Assembly: GCA_041562555.1 (NCBI GenBank)
Contig: JBFEXS010000017.1
Location: 1-27,679, forward strand
From: Sulfurimonadaceae bacterium
GTDB lineage: Bacteria; Campylobacterota; Campylobacteria; Campylobacterales; Sulfurimonadaceae
Length of the DNA: 27,679 nt
Direction: 5' to 3'
This document shows, one piece after another, positions 9,415 through 18,219 of this stretch (position 1 is its first letter; every line of letters starts with the position of its first letter). The position numbers and the translations under genes are program-made. The notes below the pieces were generated by a model. The model saw only the letters and a list, made by a program, of their open reading frames with translations, did not search any database and was not told the origin of the DNA.

Positions 9415-10394
9415 TATCTTTTGTGTATCTTTGCCTGATACGCCTCTATCTTCCCTTTCATCTTATTAAAATGGTCATATTCAAGATGAATCAGTGTCAG
9501 TGCAATATACAACGCTGCCATCAAGGTCCATACGATGACAAACTGTTGAGATCCCTTTTTAACAAGGTAGGATATCAATAGATTCAACTGTACAAAGTTT
9601 CCGACTGCCGATATCAGGTATAAAAAGAGATAGATCACAACGACTCCCGCCGTGGGGTCAATCCACACTATAAAGGCATTCAGTTCTCTCTCAAGTATGC
9701 TCTTTAGGTATTTGTAACTCACCAGACTTGTCAAAACCATCATCAAAAACTTGAAAAAAAGAATAAGCCCTCTGCTTACAAACAGGTTTCTGAGGTTCAT
9801 CTTCTCATGCAGAGCAAAAAGAACATCAAAGATCAAGAATGAGAAGAGCAGCGTAATGATGAACGCTTCAATCAGGTCTGAGGTAACAGAGAAGAACACC
9901 ATAAAAAGCAGCAGATGGTAGCCAAGCTTTTGATCCCACCTGTTTTTCTCATACTGCTGTGCGATGGTATCACGACTTTGCAACAGTTTATTCCCCAAAA
10001 AGGTCCAAAAAATAAAAACAACGACAAAGCCGCCCAGACCGAGAATAAGCAAGCGGGCGTTCATAGAGAAGAACACCGATGCCTTGATAAAAAGTAAAAA
10101 AAACGCTCCCGCCAAGATCGGCGCGCCAATGATAAAAAAAGGCAGTTTGATATAGAACATAATCATGCGTGAAGCGTCAGGGTCTTTGATCAATGCACTG
10201 TAGGTCATAGAGAGTTTCTTATTCGTGATGATCAGGCGCAAAGGGTAATAAAGTACGATAGTCAAAATCAAGAAAAGTGTTGTTGTCATCTGCCGTGTCG
10301 GCTCGTAAGCATTAAAAAGGGTCAAAGCGATAAAGGAGATCGCCAGGAAGAGAAATGAGAATGAGGCCAATTTTTTTGAAAAGCTGTTTATCAT
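9411..10394 (-). CDS. hypothetical polytopic membrane protein
   Basis: 327-aa ORF with about 9 hydrophobic segments filling the gap; TAAAAT 6 nt before the ATG; no family recognised. Confidence 0.7.
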   Translation of the reverse strand: MINSFSKKLASFSFLFLAISFIALTLFNAYEPTRQMTTTLFLILTIVLYYPLRLIITNKKLSMTYSALIKDPDASRMIMFYIKLPFFIIGAPILAGAFFLLFIKASVFFSMNARLLILGLGGFVVVFIFWTFLGNKLLQSRDTIAQQYEKNRWDQKLGYHLLLFMVFFSVTSDLIEAFIITLLFSFLIFDVLFALHEKMNLRNLFVSRGLILFFKFLMMVLTSLVSYKYLKSILERELNAFIVWIDPTAGVVVIYLFLYLISAVGNFVQLNLLISYLVKKGSQQFVIVWTLMAALYIALTLIHLEYDHFNKMKGKIEAYQAKIHKRY

Positions 10395-10452
10395 GGCAAG
10401 ATTTTACTATACTTTCATCAATAATTCTATTTTTTAGACAATAAGGGCTGCT

Positions 10453-11361
10453 TTGGGAACGCTTTTTCTCGCCATCTGTTCGATCTACATATTTATTGTC
10501 GTAGGATATACGGCCAAACATCTTTTCAAGGAGAAGATTGATCAAAAATCATTCAACCTTCTGTCTGTCTATTTTCTACAAGTCTTTTTGACCTTTTGGG
10601 GCTTGCTGCAACGCCCTATAGACACAGAACTTCTCTTGGCCCCATTGATCTATCTTGCGATTACTGCCCTTACCCTTATTATCACCTTCATACTTGCACA
10701 TAAACTTTTTACAGATACCAAGGAACAATCCATCGCTACCGTTGCAGCGTTAATAGGAAACACCGGAAACCTGGGCATACCCCTGGGCATCGCTATTTTC
10801 GGTACTGAGAGCATTCCCTTTACAACGCTCATCAACCTTATGAATGTTTTTGTCGTCTATACCCTTGGTGTATTTTTTTATTCACGGGGTGATTTCTCTA
10901 TCAAGGAGTCACTCAAGAACATCTTTAAACTTCCCGTGCTTTGGTTTGCGATCTTTGCACTCACCCTCAATGCCAATAAAGTGACCCTTCCGACTGAAGT
11001 GATGTCAGCTTTACAGATGGGTGCTTATGCAAGTATGGTGATACAACTGGTGATATTGGGGATGTACCTACACGAAGTCAAACTCAAAGAGCTCAATCAG
11101 AAGCTGCTTGTCTACGTCAACGGAATGAAGTTTCTCTTCATTCCCTTAATCACTTTTCTGGTACTGCAATGGACTACTTTCACACCGATGGTAAAAGGTA
11201 TTATCTTCATAGAGCTTTTGATGCCGCTGGCCGTTGCCAATGTTAATCTCGGTTCTTTATACAACTGTAGACCAAAGGACATTACTGCATTGATCTTTAT
11301 CTCTTCACTGCTCTTCTTGGGGATCAGTTTCCTTGCACCCTATATCCTGGAGCTGTTCTAG
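10453..11361 (+). CDS. AEC (auxin efflux carrier) family transporter
   Basis: GNTGNLGIPLG motif and LMPLAVAN; about 10 TM; TTG start with AAGGG SD. Confidence 0.9.
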   Translation: MGTLFLAICSIYIFIVVGYTAKHLFKEKIDQKSFNLLSVYFLQVFLTFWGLLQRPIDTELLLAPLIYLAITALTLIITFILAHKLFTDTKEQSIATVAALIGNTGNLGIPLGIAIFGTESIPFTTLINLMNVFVVYTLGVFFYSRGDFSIKESLKNIFKLPVLWFAIFALTLNANKVTLPTEVMSALQMGAYASMVIQLVILGMYLHEVKLKELNQKLLVYVNGMKFLFIPLITFLVLQWTTFTPMVKGIIFIELLMPLAVANVNLGSLYNCRPKDITALIFISSLLFLGISFLAPYILELF

Positions 11362-11846
11362 TCTTCCAGCTCATCCAGGATCTCCGGAGAGAGTGAAATG
11401 ATCCAGTCATAGGCAATGATTTTCGGTTTCTTATCCACTTCAACAAGATAAAAATGTCTGTTCCCTTCCATAAGTTCTTCAGAAACAAGTCTACTCTTTT
11501 TCACCTCATCCAAACGCATCTTCAACAATACCTGTCCCATGCTGAACATGGTATCTATCTTCGATGATGTCGGATCGGCATACTCTACACGGTCTCCTCT
11601 TCGAATAAGGGCACGTTTTACAAACATGAAACCCTGCAGACTTTTAAGAAAAAACACAAGCCCAAGAAAGACGAATCCGATCCCCACACCCCAGTGTATC
11701 ACCGAGAGTATGAATCCGATACTGAGAATAAACAGCAGGTAAAAGAAGAAAAAGACTGCCGTGAATTTTTCAAAGATCAGAACCCTTGATACATTGAACA
11801 GGGCTTGAACCAGATGTTTGTAGGCCCGAAGATTATCCTTGATCAC
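11358..11846 (-). CDS. hypothetical membrane protein (2 TM + small soluble C-terminal domain)
   Basis: GTGA overlap with the upstream PRT gene; two hydrophobic helices then a beta-rich tail. Confidence 0.7.
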   Translation of the reverse strand: MIKDNLRAYKHLVQALFNVSRVLIFEKFTAVFFFFYLLFILSIGFILSVIHWGVGIGFVFLGLVFFLKSLQGFMFVKRALIRRGDRVEYADPTSSKIDTMFSMGQVLLKMRLDEVKKSRLVSEELMEGNRHFYLVEVDKKPKIIAYDWIISLSPEILDELED

Positions 11847-12301
11847 CCCTGAACCTCTTCAGGTAAAAAGTCTTTTTCCCAAAAGAACTCTATCCACTCT
11901 TTTGCCTCATGCACACTGTAGTCAGGCTGAATCACGGCACTTGGCTTATAAAAAAGCGAAGCGATCTTGAACTCTATCTCAGGAAAACATTTCTGAAGCA
12001 ATTCCAGTACTTCTTTGACTGTCTGTCCTGTATCCACAATATCATCCAGAATCAGGACCTTTGAAGCTCCTTTTAACTCCGGGGTATTAAAGATCTCACA
12101 CTGTGTTCCCTTCTGGTCTTTCTCATATAAGATCGAATTAATCGCAAAAAGTCTTCGATTGTCCACCGCTTGAGAGAAGGCATGTCCCAGGGTCAGTCCT
12201 CCTCGGGCGATGGCCAAAAGGGTATCCGCCTGGAACCCTTCACATAAGCGGACCAGCTTTTTCGTATCTGTCACAAATTCTTCATAGGCATAATATTTCA
12301 T
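11843..12301 (-). CDS. type I phosphoribosyltransferase (purine-salvage-like)
   Basis: LAIARGG, PRPP-binding loop VLILDDIVDTGQT, and WIEFFWE C-terminus. Confidence 0.9.
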   Translation of the reverse strand: MKYYAYEEFVTDTKKLVRLCEGFQADTLLAIARGGLTLGHAFSQAVDNRRLFAINSILYEKDQKGTQCEIFNTPELKGASKVLILDDIVDTGQTVKEVLELLQKCFPEIEFKIASLFYKPSAVIQPDYSVHEAKEWIEFFWEKDFLPEEVQG

Positions 12302-12308
12302 AAATCAG

Positions 12309-12333
12309 ATTGTATCCCAAAATGTGATAAAAT
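12309..12333. promoter_or_regulatory. back-to-back -10 boxes for PRT (-) and the mscS-family gene (+)
   Basis: TACAAT on - at 12309-12314, 7 nt before ATG 12301; extended TGaTAAAAT on + at 12325-12333. Confidence 0.6.
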
Positions 12334-12359
12334 CCTGTTAAAACTCAACTGAGGAAACA

Positions 12360-13466
12360 ATGGATACTTTTACACAATTTCTACAGCAAGAATTCTATGA
12401 TAATACTGGAACACAGTGGCTTATCTCTTTTGGTATTTTGCTCTTTTTTATCTTTTTACGTTCACCCCTGGCCCATGGTTTCATCTCTCTTTTAAACAGG
12501 GCTTCATCCAAGACAAAAAACACCCTTGATGATGCTATCGTCAATGCAGTTGAACCACCGGTACGTCTTGTCTTTGTACTCTTAGGTCTGTACGGGATGC
12601 TTGCGTTTTTAAAACTTCCTTTGGAAGTTGATGCCTTCAACGCACACTTTTTTCATTCTATGTTTGCCTTTGCGATCTTCTGGGCACTTTACCGTATTGT
12701 AGGTATCTTCAGTGACTTTGTCGAAGAGTACCAAGGTAAAATTGCAAATCGTTTTTCTGCCGATCTGGCACTCTTTATGATCAAGGGCGTTCGGCTTGTC
12801 CTTCTTGTGATGGGTTTTGTCATCATCGTTCAAGAATGGGGATATAACTTCACAGGCTTCCTCGCCTCTTTAGGATTGGGAGGACTGGCATTTGCGCTGG
12901 CAGCCAAAGATACTGCGGCCAATCTGTTTGGCTCACTGGTCATCTTCTCCGACAAACCTTTTGATGTAGGGGACTGGATACAGACGCCAGCCGTAGAAGG
13001 AACGGTAGAAAGCATTGGTATCCGTTCCACCCGTGTACGGACCTTTGCCAAGGCACTTGTGGCTGTCCCTAATGCGACCTTGGCCAACAGCCCGATCACC
13101 AATTGGTCACGTATGAACATGCGCCGTATAAAGATGACGGTCGGACTGACCTATGCTACTTCCTCCACACAGATGCAAGCTATACTTTCCGACATACGAG
13201 AGATGTTGCGCAATGATCCGGATATCAATCAAAACACGATCCTTATTAATTTTACCGATTTTCAAGATTCCGCTCTGGGGATTTTTTGCTACTTTTTTAC
13301 CAATACGACGAATTGGCAAGAATATCTTATGGTAAAAGAGCGTATTAATTTATCCATCATGAAAATCGTCGAAAACCACCGGGCAAGCTTCGCTTTTCCG
13401 TCTCAGTCTCTTTATATCGAATCCCTTCCAAATGACCCAGTAGATGCGGCTATAGAAGCTTCTTAA
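12360..13466 (+). CDS. MscS family mechanosensitive channel (YnaI-like)
   Basis: LASLGLGGLAFALAAKDTAANLFGS, DKPFDVGDWI, GTVESIGIRSTRVR and FAFPSQSLY. Confidence 0.94.
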   Translation: MDTFTQFLQQEFYDNTGTQWLISFGILLFFIFLRSPLAHGFISLLNRASSKTKNTLDDAIVNAVEPPVRLVFVLLGLYGMLAFLKLPLEVDAFNAHFFHSMFAFAIFWALYRIVGIFSDFVEEYQGKIANRFSADLALFMIKGVRLVLLVMGFVIIVQEWGYNFTGFLASLGLGGLAFALAAKDTAANLFGSLVIFSDKPFDVGDWIQTPAVEGTVESIGIRSTRVRTFAKALVAVPNATLANSPITNWSRMNMRRIKMTVGLTYATSSTQMQAILSDIREMLRNDPDINQNTILINFTDFQDSALGIFCYFFTNTTNWQEYLMVKERINLSIMKIVENHRASFAFPSQSLYIESLPNDPVDAAIEAS

Positions 13467-13561
13467 TGAAGCATTCAGCGTCTTTTTCTTTGTGCATCAG
13501 ACAGCAAAAGGATTATCACTTTTAATAACACATTCCCTTCTTCTTATCACAAAGGATAGAC

Positions 13562-13589
13562 TTGACTCTCAAAAAAAATATGATACAAT
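13562..13589 (+). promoter_or_regulatory. sigma70 promoter of the LPP20 lipoprotein gene
   Basis: TTGACT (13562-13567), 16-bp spacer, extended TGaTACAAT (13581-13589); AGGAG SD before ATG 13619. Confidence 0.7.
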
Positions 13590-13618
13590 TATCGCAGAAA
13601 CAAACTTCAGGAGTATTC

Positions 13619-14209
13619 ATGAAAAAGTCATTGACATCAATTTTAGCTGCTTCATTATTAGCTGTTACGTTCGTAGGATGTGGGGATGGACCAAACCCTT
13701 CAGAGGAAGAAGCGGATTTCCGTTGTAGAAAAGGTGGTGTTCTAGCACCGAAGTGGGTATGTAAGCCTCAACTTGGTTATGAAGGTTTAGAGTATACTGA
13801 CCTGGGATCAGCTGAGCCGGGTACACTGGGGGACAGTTTTACACGTCGTGAAGCACTTGCAGTTGCACGTACAAACCTTGCGTTCCAGATGGAAACAAAA
13901 GTAAAAGCGAAGATCACTGACTGGGCACGTCAAACAGGTGCGGGCGCAGGTCAAGTGGGAGATAAGGTTGTTGAGCAAGTTGCAAAACAGACAGCTGAAC
14001 AGACATTAAGCGGGTCAAAACAGATTGATTCATGGAACCACCCTCAAACAGACACTCTGTATGTACTAGTGGGTATGAGTGAGAATACAGTCAATGCAGC
14101 AGTTAAAAGAAATGTGAAGACTTCATATAAAAATGATGAAGCATTATGGCAACAATTTCAAGCTAAAAATGCACTTGAAAGTCTTGAGAAAGAGTTCCCT
14201 ACAAAATAA
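13619..14209 (+). CDS. LPP20 family lipoprotein
   Basis: Start reassigned to ATG 13619 (AGGAG SD). Lipobox FVGC; APKWVC; A..AR..LA motif; TLYVLVG; DEALWQQFQAK C-terminus. Confidence 0.85.
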   Translation: MKKSLTSILAASLLAVTFVGCGDGPNPSEEEADFRCRKGGVLAPKWVCKPQLGYEGLEYTDLGSAEPGTLGDSFTRREALAVARTNLAFQMETKVKAKITDWARQTGAGAGQVGDKVVEQVAKQTAEQTLSGSKQIDSWNHPQTDTLYVLVGMSENTVNAAVKRNVKTSYKNDEALWQQFQAKNALESLEKEFPTK

Positions 14210-14219
14210 GACCTTTTCT

Positions 14220-14245
14220 TAGCGGGCTCTGCCTGCTACCTTTCC
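14220..14245 (+). terminator. hairpin after the LPP20 gene
   Basis: TAGCGGGC-tct-GCCTGCTA followed by CCTTTCC. Confidence 0.5.
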
Positions 14246-14305
14246 AATAAATACTTATAACTAAACACAATCTTTTGTCTTTATTTTTAAGTATCGGGGG
14301 CGATC

Positions 14306-14704
14306 ATGTACAAATCACTACTGAGTATATTTACTCTAATCCTAATGTTTTCAGGGTGTGGGAACCCAAAACCGGCACCTGTTGTCAAACCGGAATGGAT
14401 CAACAAACCGACCTATGATGGGAAAACCGGGGCTGTAGGAAGCTCACGGCCTCATGTCAAAGGCAAAGCCGAACAACGCCGTTTGGCGATCTCTCGTGCA
14501 TTGGACGAACTCTCCTTCCAATCGGGTATGAATGTCGGAACTCAGATCACCCGAAAAGAAAAACAGCAAGGCCAACACGCACGTACTTCGTCTGAACTGT
14601 TTACGGTGCAGACAAGCGATAATAAGACTATTCATGCGCATATCGAAGAGGTCTGGGAACATCCACGTACAGAAGAGCTTTTTGTATGGTTAGTCGTCGA
14701 TTAG
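14306..14704 (+). CDS. small lipoprotein, LPP20-like
   Basis: Lipobox FSGC; PEWI; GAVGS; QRRLAISRALDELS; ELFVWL. Same motif order as the upstream LPP20 protein. Confidence 0.75.
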   Translation: MYKSLLSIFTLILMFSGCGNPKPAPVVKPEWINKPTYDGKTGAVGSSRPHVKGKAEQRRLAISRALDELSFQSGMNVGTQITRKEKQQGQHARTSSELFTVQTSDNKTIHAHIEEVWEHPRTEELFVWLVVD

Positions 14705-15825
14705 GCCTTCTCCTTTTTCCCCTGCTCCTCCAAGCTGAACAAAGTTTTGAAGCCTATAAAAAACTTCAAGAAAGTCATTTTAAAAACGAAAAAGTCAAAT
14801 TTATTGATTTCAAGAAACAAGAGGATGCAGCCTTCAAGCGTTATTTAGCCCAGGAGCGAGAAGCTATTCTCAAGTATAAAAAAAAGGTCAAAGCATTCTG
14901 GCCTACGACAGATCTTGAAGATGCGAAAAAACATGTTATCTATTCTCAGGACCTAAGGACTAAATCCCTCATCGATTATGAAAAGAACGAGGTCTCTGTC
15001 TCCCGGATAGATTCTACCCGGCAAGTATCAAAACAACAATTGTTGCATACTCTTAAGCAGACCCTCTCCCTCAATAACAAAAAAGCATATGAGAAAAATG
15101 CACTTGAGCAAGATATTCATAAGCTTGCAAAAGATGAAAACTATATTCAAGATGGCAAGATCGACGACCAGCCTCTACTCTCTGACTCATTTTCCGCACA
15201 AAAGCTCAATGCCGACCAAATCACCTATTCTCAAAAAGGAGATGTACATACCATCAGATATAAACTTCCCGGAAATTCGACCTTCAAACGTTCTTATAAC
15301 TACCTTGTCGCTGCCAAGTCCAATGCGCAACGCTTCAAATTAAAAGCACAATGGCTACTGGCGATCATGCACTCGGAAAGCAGTTTTAATCCTATGGCAC
15401 GATCACATATCCCCGCATATGGCCTGATGCAAATCGTTCCCCGCACTGCCGGGATCGACTCATATAGGTTTCTGTATAACAAACGCCGTCTTCTCTCAGC
15501 ATCCTATCTCTACAATACCCAGAACAATATCGAAATCGGTTCAGCCTATTTTCATATCCTCTACTACAAATATCTCTCTTCCATTCAGGATCCGACGTCA
15601 AGACTCTATTGTGCTATTGCCGGGTATAACACAGGAGCCGGCAATGTGGCTCGGGCATTTGTGGGAACCAATAGTGTCCAATCTGCGGCAGAGCTTATCA
15701 ACACCATGTCTCCTGAGCAGGTTTATGACTATTTACTGCGTAACCTAAGACATGAAGAACCTAAACATTACCTCAAACGTGTGCGTGCACGAAGTACCCA
15801 ATATAAAGAGATTTACCAACTCTAA
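14686..15825 (+). CDS. lytic murein transglycosylase, MltC-like (DUF3393-like + SLT domain)
   Basis: AIMHSESSFNP (catalytic Glu), PAYGLMQIVP and AGYNTGAGNV; signal peptide; overlaps the upstream gene. Confidence 0.9.
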   Translation: MVSRRLGLLLFPLLLQAEQSFEAYKKLQESHFKNEKVKFIDFKKQEDAAFKRYLAQEREAILKYKKKVKAFWPTTDLEDAKKHVIYSQDLRTKSLIDYEKNEVSVSRIDSTRQVSKQQLLHTLKQTLSLNNKKAYEKNALEQDIHKLAKDENYIQDGKIDDQPLLSDSFSAQKLNADQITYSQKGDVHTIRYKLPGNSTFKRSYNYLVAAKSNAQRFKLKAQWLLAIMHSESSFNPMARSHIPAYGLMQIVPRTAGIDSYRFLYNKRRLLSASYLYNTQNNIEIGSAYFHILYYKYLSSIQDPTSRLYCAIAGYNTGAGNVARAFVGTNSVQSAAELINTMSPEQVYDYLLRNLRHEEPKHYLKRVRARSTQYKEIYQL

Positions 15826-15833
15826 GTCTTGGA

Positions 15834-15842
15834 TGCTATAAT
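15834..15842 (+). promoter_or_regulatory. extended -10 promoter of der
   Basis: TGcTATAAT preceded by a CTAAGT AT-rich element. Confidence 0.6.
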
Positions 15843-15874
15843 TACATCACGAAAACTACTATGAAGTACACATT

Positions 15875-17512
15875 ATGAAAAAACTTGCCATTATCGGTCG
15901 TCCCAATGTTGGAAAATCATCTCTTTTTAACCGCCTGTTAAAACATCGCGATGCGATTACCTCTGATCAGGCAGGTACTACCCGTGATGTCAAAAAACGC
16001 GTTGCACAGATCCTCGATAAAGAGGTACAGATCCTCGATACTGGCGGACTCGACAAAGGGTGTGAGCTCTTTGACAAGATCAAAGAAAAAGCGGTCAAAG
16101 CCGCCTATGAAGCAGATATCATCCTCTATGTCGTTGACGGAAAGACCATTGCGAATGATGAAGACAAAAAGTTTTTCTATGAGCTTCAAGCTATGGGAAA
16201 AGCCATGGCACTCGTTGTCAACAAGATCGACAATGACAAGATGAATGAACGCCTATGGGATTATTATGAGTTTGGCACCGATACAATCTTCGGTATCTCT
16301 GTCGCGCACAATCGAAATACGATCAAACTGATCGAATGGATTTATGAACAGCTCCCAAGCGATGAGGAAAAAGAAGCCGAAGCACAGGCTTTGCTTGAGG
16401 CGGAGGAGGATGTGGGCCATGATTATAATCTTCCTGAGTTTGATGAGCAGGAAGATGAAGTCCACGAAAGGCTACTCACCGAGGATGAAAAACTGGCCTT
16501 TGAAGAAAATGACCAGACCAGGTTTTATGACCCCGAGCGTCTCAACCAGGTCAAAGTCGCGATTATAGGCCGCGTGAATGTCGGAAAATCCTCTTTGCTG
16601 AATGCGCTTATCGGTGAAGACCGTTCTGTCGTCTCAGAGGTTGCCGGTACCACAATCGATCCCATAGATGAAATGATCGAAGTAGGTGATAAAAAAGTTA
16701 CCTTTGTCGATACTGCCGGTCTTCGTCGCCGTGGAAAGATCCTTGGTATTGAAAAGTTCGCACTCAACCGTACCAAAGAGATGCTCAAAAATGCGGATAT
16801 AGCCCTACTTGTCCTTGATGCATCACAACCCTTTAAAGACCTGGACGAGAAGATTGCAGGACTTATTGACGAAAACCGTCTTGGCTGTATCATCATCCTT
16901 AATAAATGGGATCTTACGGACAAAGATTATGAAAAGTTCACTGAACGCGTACGTAGCCGTTTCAAGTTTTTACATTATGCACCGATCCTCACGATCTCAG
17001 CACTGACCAAACAACGCGTTCATAAGATCATGGATAAGATCCTTGAGATCAATGACAATTACTCTCAGCGTATCGGGACTTCCAAACTCAACCGTGTGAT
17101 CGAGTTAGCACAGCGACGACACCACCTTCCATCGGTAAAAGGTAAGACTATTCGCCTATATTACGTTACTCAGTATGACATCCGTCCTCCGCGTATCGCA
17201 CTGGTTATGAACCGCCCTGAAGGTCTGCACTTTACCTACCGACGTTATCTGACAAATAAGTTGCGTGAAGCCTTTAATTTTGAAGGCACGCCTGTACTTT
17301 TTCATGCGCGAAGCAAAAAGCAGCGTACTATTGTCTCGGATGAACCAAACTTTGTCGAAGATATGTTTGGTGAAAGTGTCACAGAAGAAGAGATGGAAGA
17401 GATGTATCAAGAGTTTGAAGATGGTGAATATGAATCAGAGTTTGAGCATAATATGGAAGCAGACGCAAAGAGTGATGATGATATCGAAGAAGGATTTGTC
17501 GACATAGACTAG
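15875..17512 (+). CDS. der: ribosome biogenesis GTPase Der (EngA)
   Basis: Two G domains (GRPNVGKS/DTGG/NKID and GRVNVGKS/DTAG/NKWD) plus KH-like domain; extra acidic tail. Confidence 0.97.
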   Translation: MKKLAIIGRPNVGKSSLFNRLLKHRDAITSDQAGTTRDVKKRVAQILDKEVQILDTGGLDKGCELFDKIKEKAVKAAYEADIILYVVDGKTIANDEDKKFFYELQAMGKAMALVVNKIDNDKMNERLWDYYEFGTDTIFGISVAHNRNTIKLIEWIYEQLPSDEEKEAEAQALLEAEEDVGHDYNLPEFDEQEDEVHERLLTEDEKLAFEENDQTRFYDPERLNQVKVAIIGRVNVGKSSLLNALIGEDRSVVSEVAGTTIDPIDEMIEVGDKKVTFVDTAGLRRRGKILGIEKFALNRTKEMLKNADIALLVLDASQPFKDLDEKIAGLIDENRLGCIIILNKWDLTDKDYEKFTERVRSRFKFLHYAPILTISALTKQRVHKIMDKILEINDNYSQRIGTSKLNRVIELAQRRHHLPSVKGKTIRLYYVTQYDIRPPRIALVMNRPEGLHFTYRRYLTNKLREAFNFEGTPVLFHARSKKQRTIVSDEPNFVEDMFGESVTEEEMEEMYQEFEDGEYESEFEHNMEADAKSDDDIEEGFVDID

Positions 17513-17646
17513 CAAAGTCAGCCTAGTCTTCGAAACTTTTAACTTCCTAAACCACTTCCGCAGGTTTTCTAGAGCCTACTTCTCTTTATTCACTTATGAA
17601 ATTTTTCCTCGGCTCTACACCTTCTATTCAAGATTTATACTATATG

Positions 17647-17681
17647 ACAGCATTATGACTAAAGAAATAATGCTGTTTCTT
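17647..17681. terminator. hairpin between convergent der and the lipoprotein gene
   Basis: Perfect 10-bp inverted repeat ACAGCATTAT (17647-17656) / ATAATGCTGT (17667-17676), followed by TTCTT on +. Confidence 0.55.
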
Positions 17682-17696
17682 GTAAGACAATGATTA

Positions 17697-18161
17697 TTAA
17701 AGGTGAGGAACTAATTCCAAATAGATAGTATCTTCAAGTTTTGCAAGCTCTTTATTAAATGCTTCTTTTTGACGATTATTATCAAATGACTGTCCATACT
17801 CCTGTGACAGCTTGATCCTAAAAAACTTTTCATTTATATCAACATTAACAAATATTTCGTTTTTGACCACCCGTTTATAACGACGTTTTGCACGAAGTGC
17901 TGAAAATTCTCGTTTCTTTGTAAAATAGATCTTTTTCAGATTAATAGATTGGGATGCCGGATCGATGATATCCCAGTCATTTTTTTCAGCAGCCCGTGTG
18001 ATTGCGTTTTTAAGCACCTCGACATCAAAATTATTTGTAAATCTTTTTTGAATTGACGACACAGGTGTAGCAGATGGTGAATGACTACAACCTGAAATTA
18101 CAAGAGTTGAGAGTATTAACAATGTGACTAAAAGTTTATTAACTGTAGATTTTATTAGCAT
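17697..18161 (-). CDS. hypothetical lipoprotein
   Basis: AAGGA SD; basic-hydrophobic signal with lipobox ISGC; 154 aa. Confidence 0.78.
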   Translation of the reverse strand: MLIKSTVNKLLVTLLILSTLVISGCSHSPSATPVSSIQKRFTNNFDVEVLKNAITRAAEKNDWDIIDPASQSINLKKIYFTKKREFSALRAKRRYKRVVKNEIFVNVDINEKFFRIKLSQEYGQSFDNNRQKEAFNKELAKLEDTIYLELVPHL

Positions 18162-18219
18162 AGTTTTCCTTATATTGCTTATAGATATTTAAATATTATA
18201 TATTATGGATAAAACTATA
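18159..18219 (-). promoter_or_regulatory. mRNA stem pairing the leader-ORF stop region with the SD/AUG of the downstream lipoprotein
   Basis: Minus strand AUAGUUUU (18218-18211) pairs with AAAACUAU (18167-18160). CC (18208-18207) pairs with the GG of the SD (18169-18168) after a 2-nt bulge. Confidence 0.55.

Noticed and set aside
13562..13618. N-terminal extensions from the ORF track (TTG 13562; likewise GTG 24816 and TTG 18532)
   Set aside because: These starts fall within or upstream of promoter boxes; downstream ATGs have better SD or context and family-typical N-termini.
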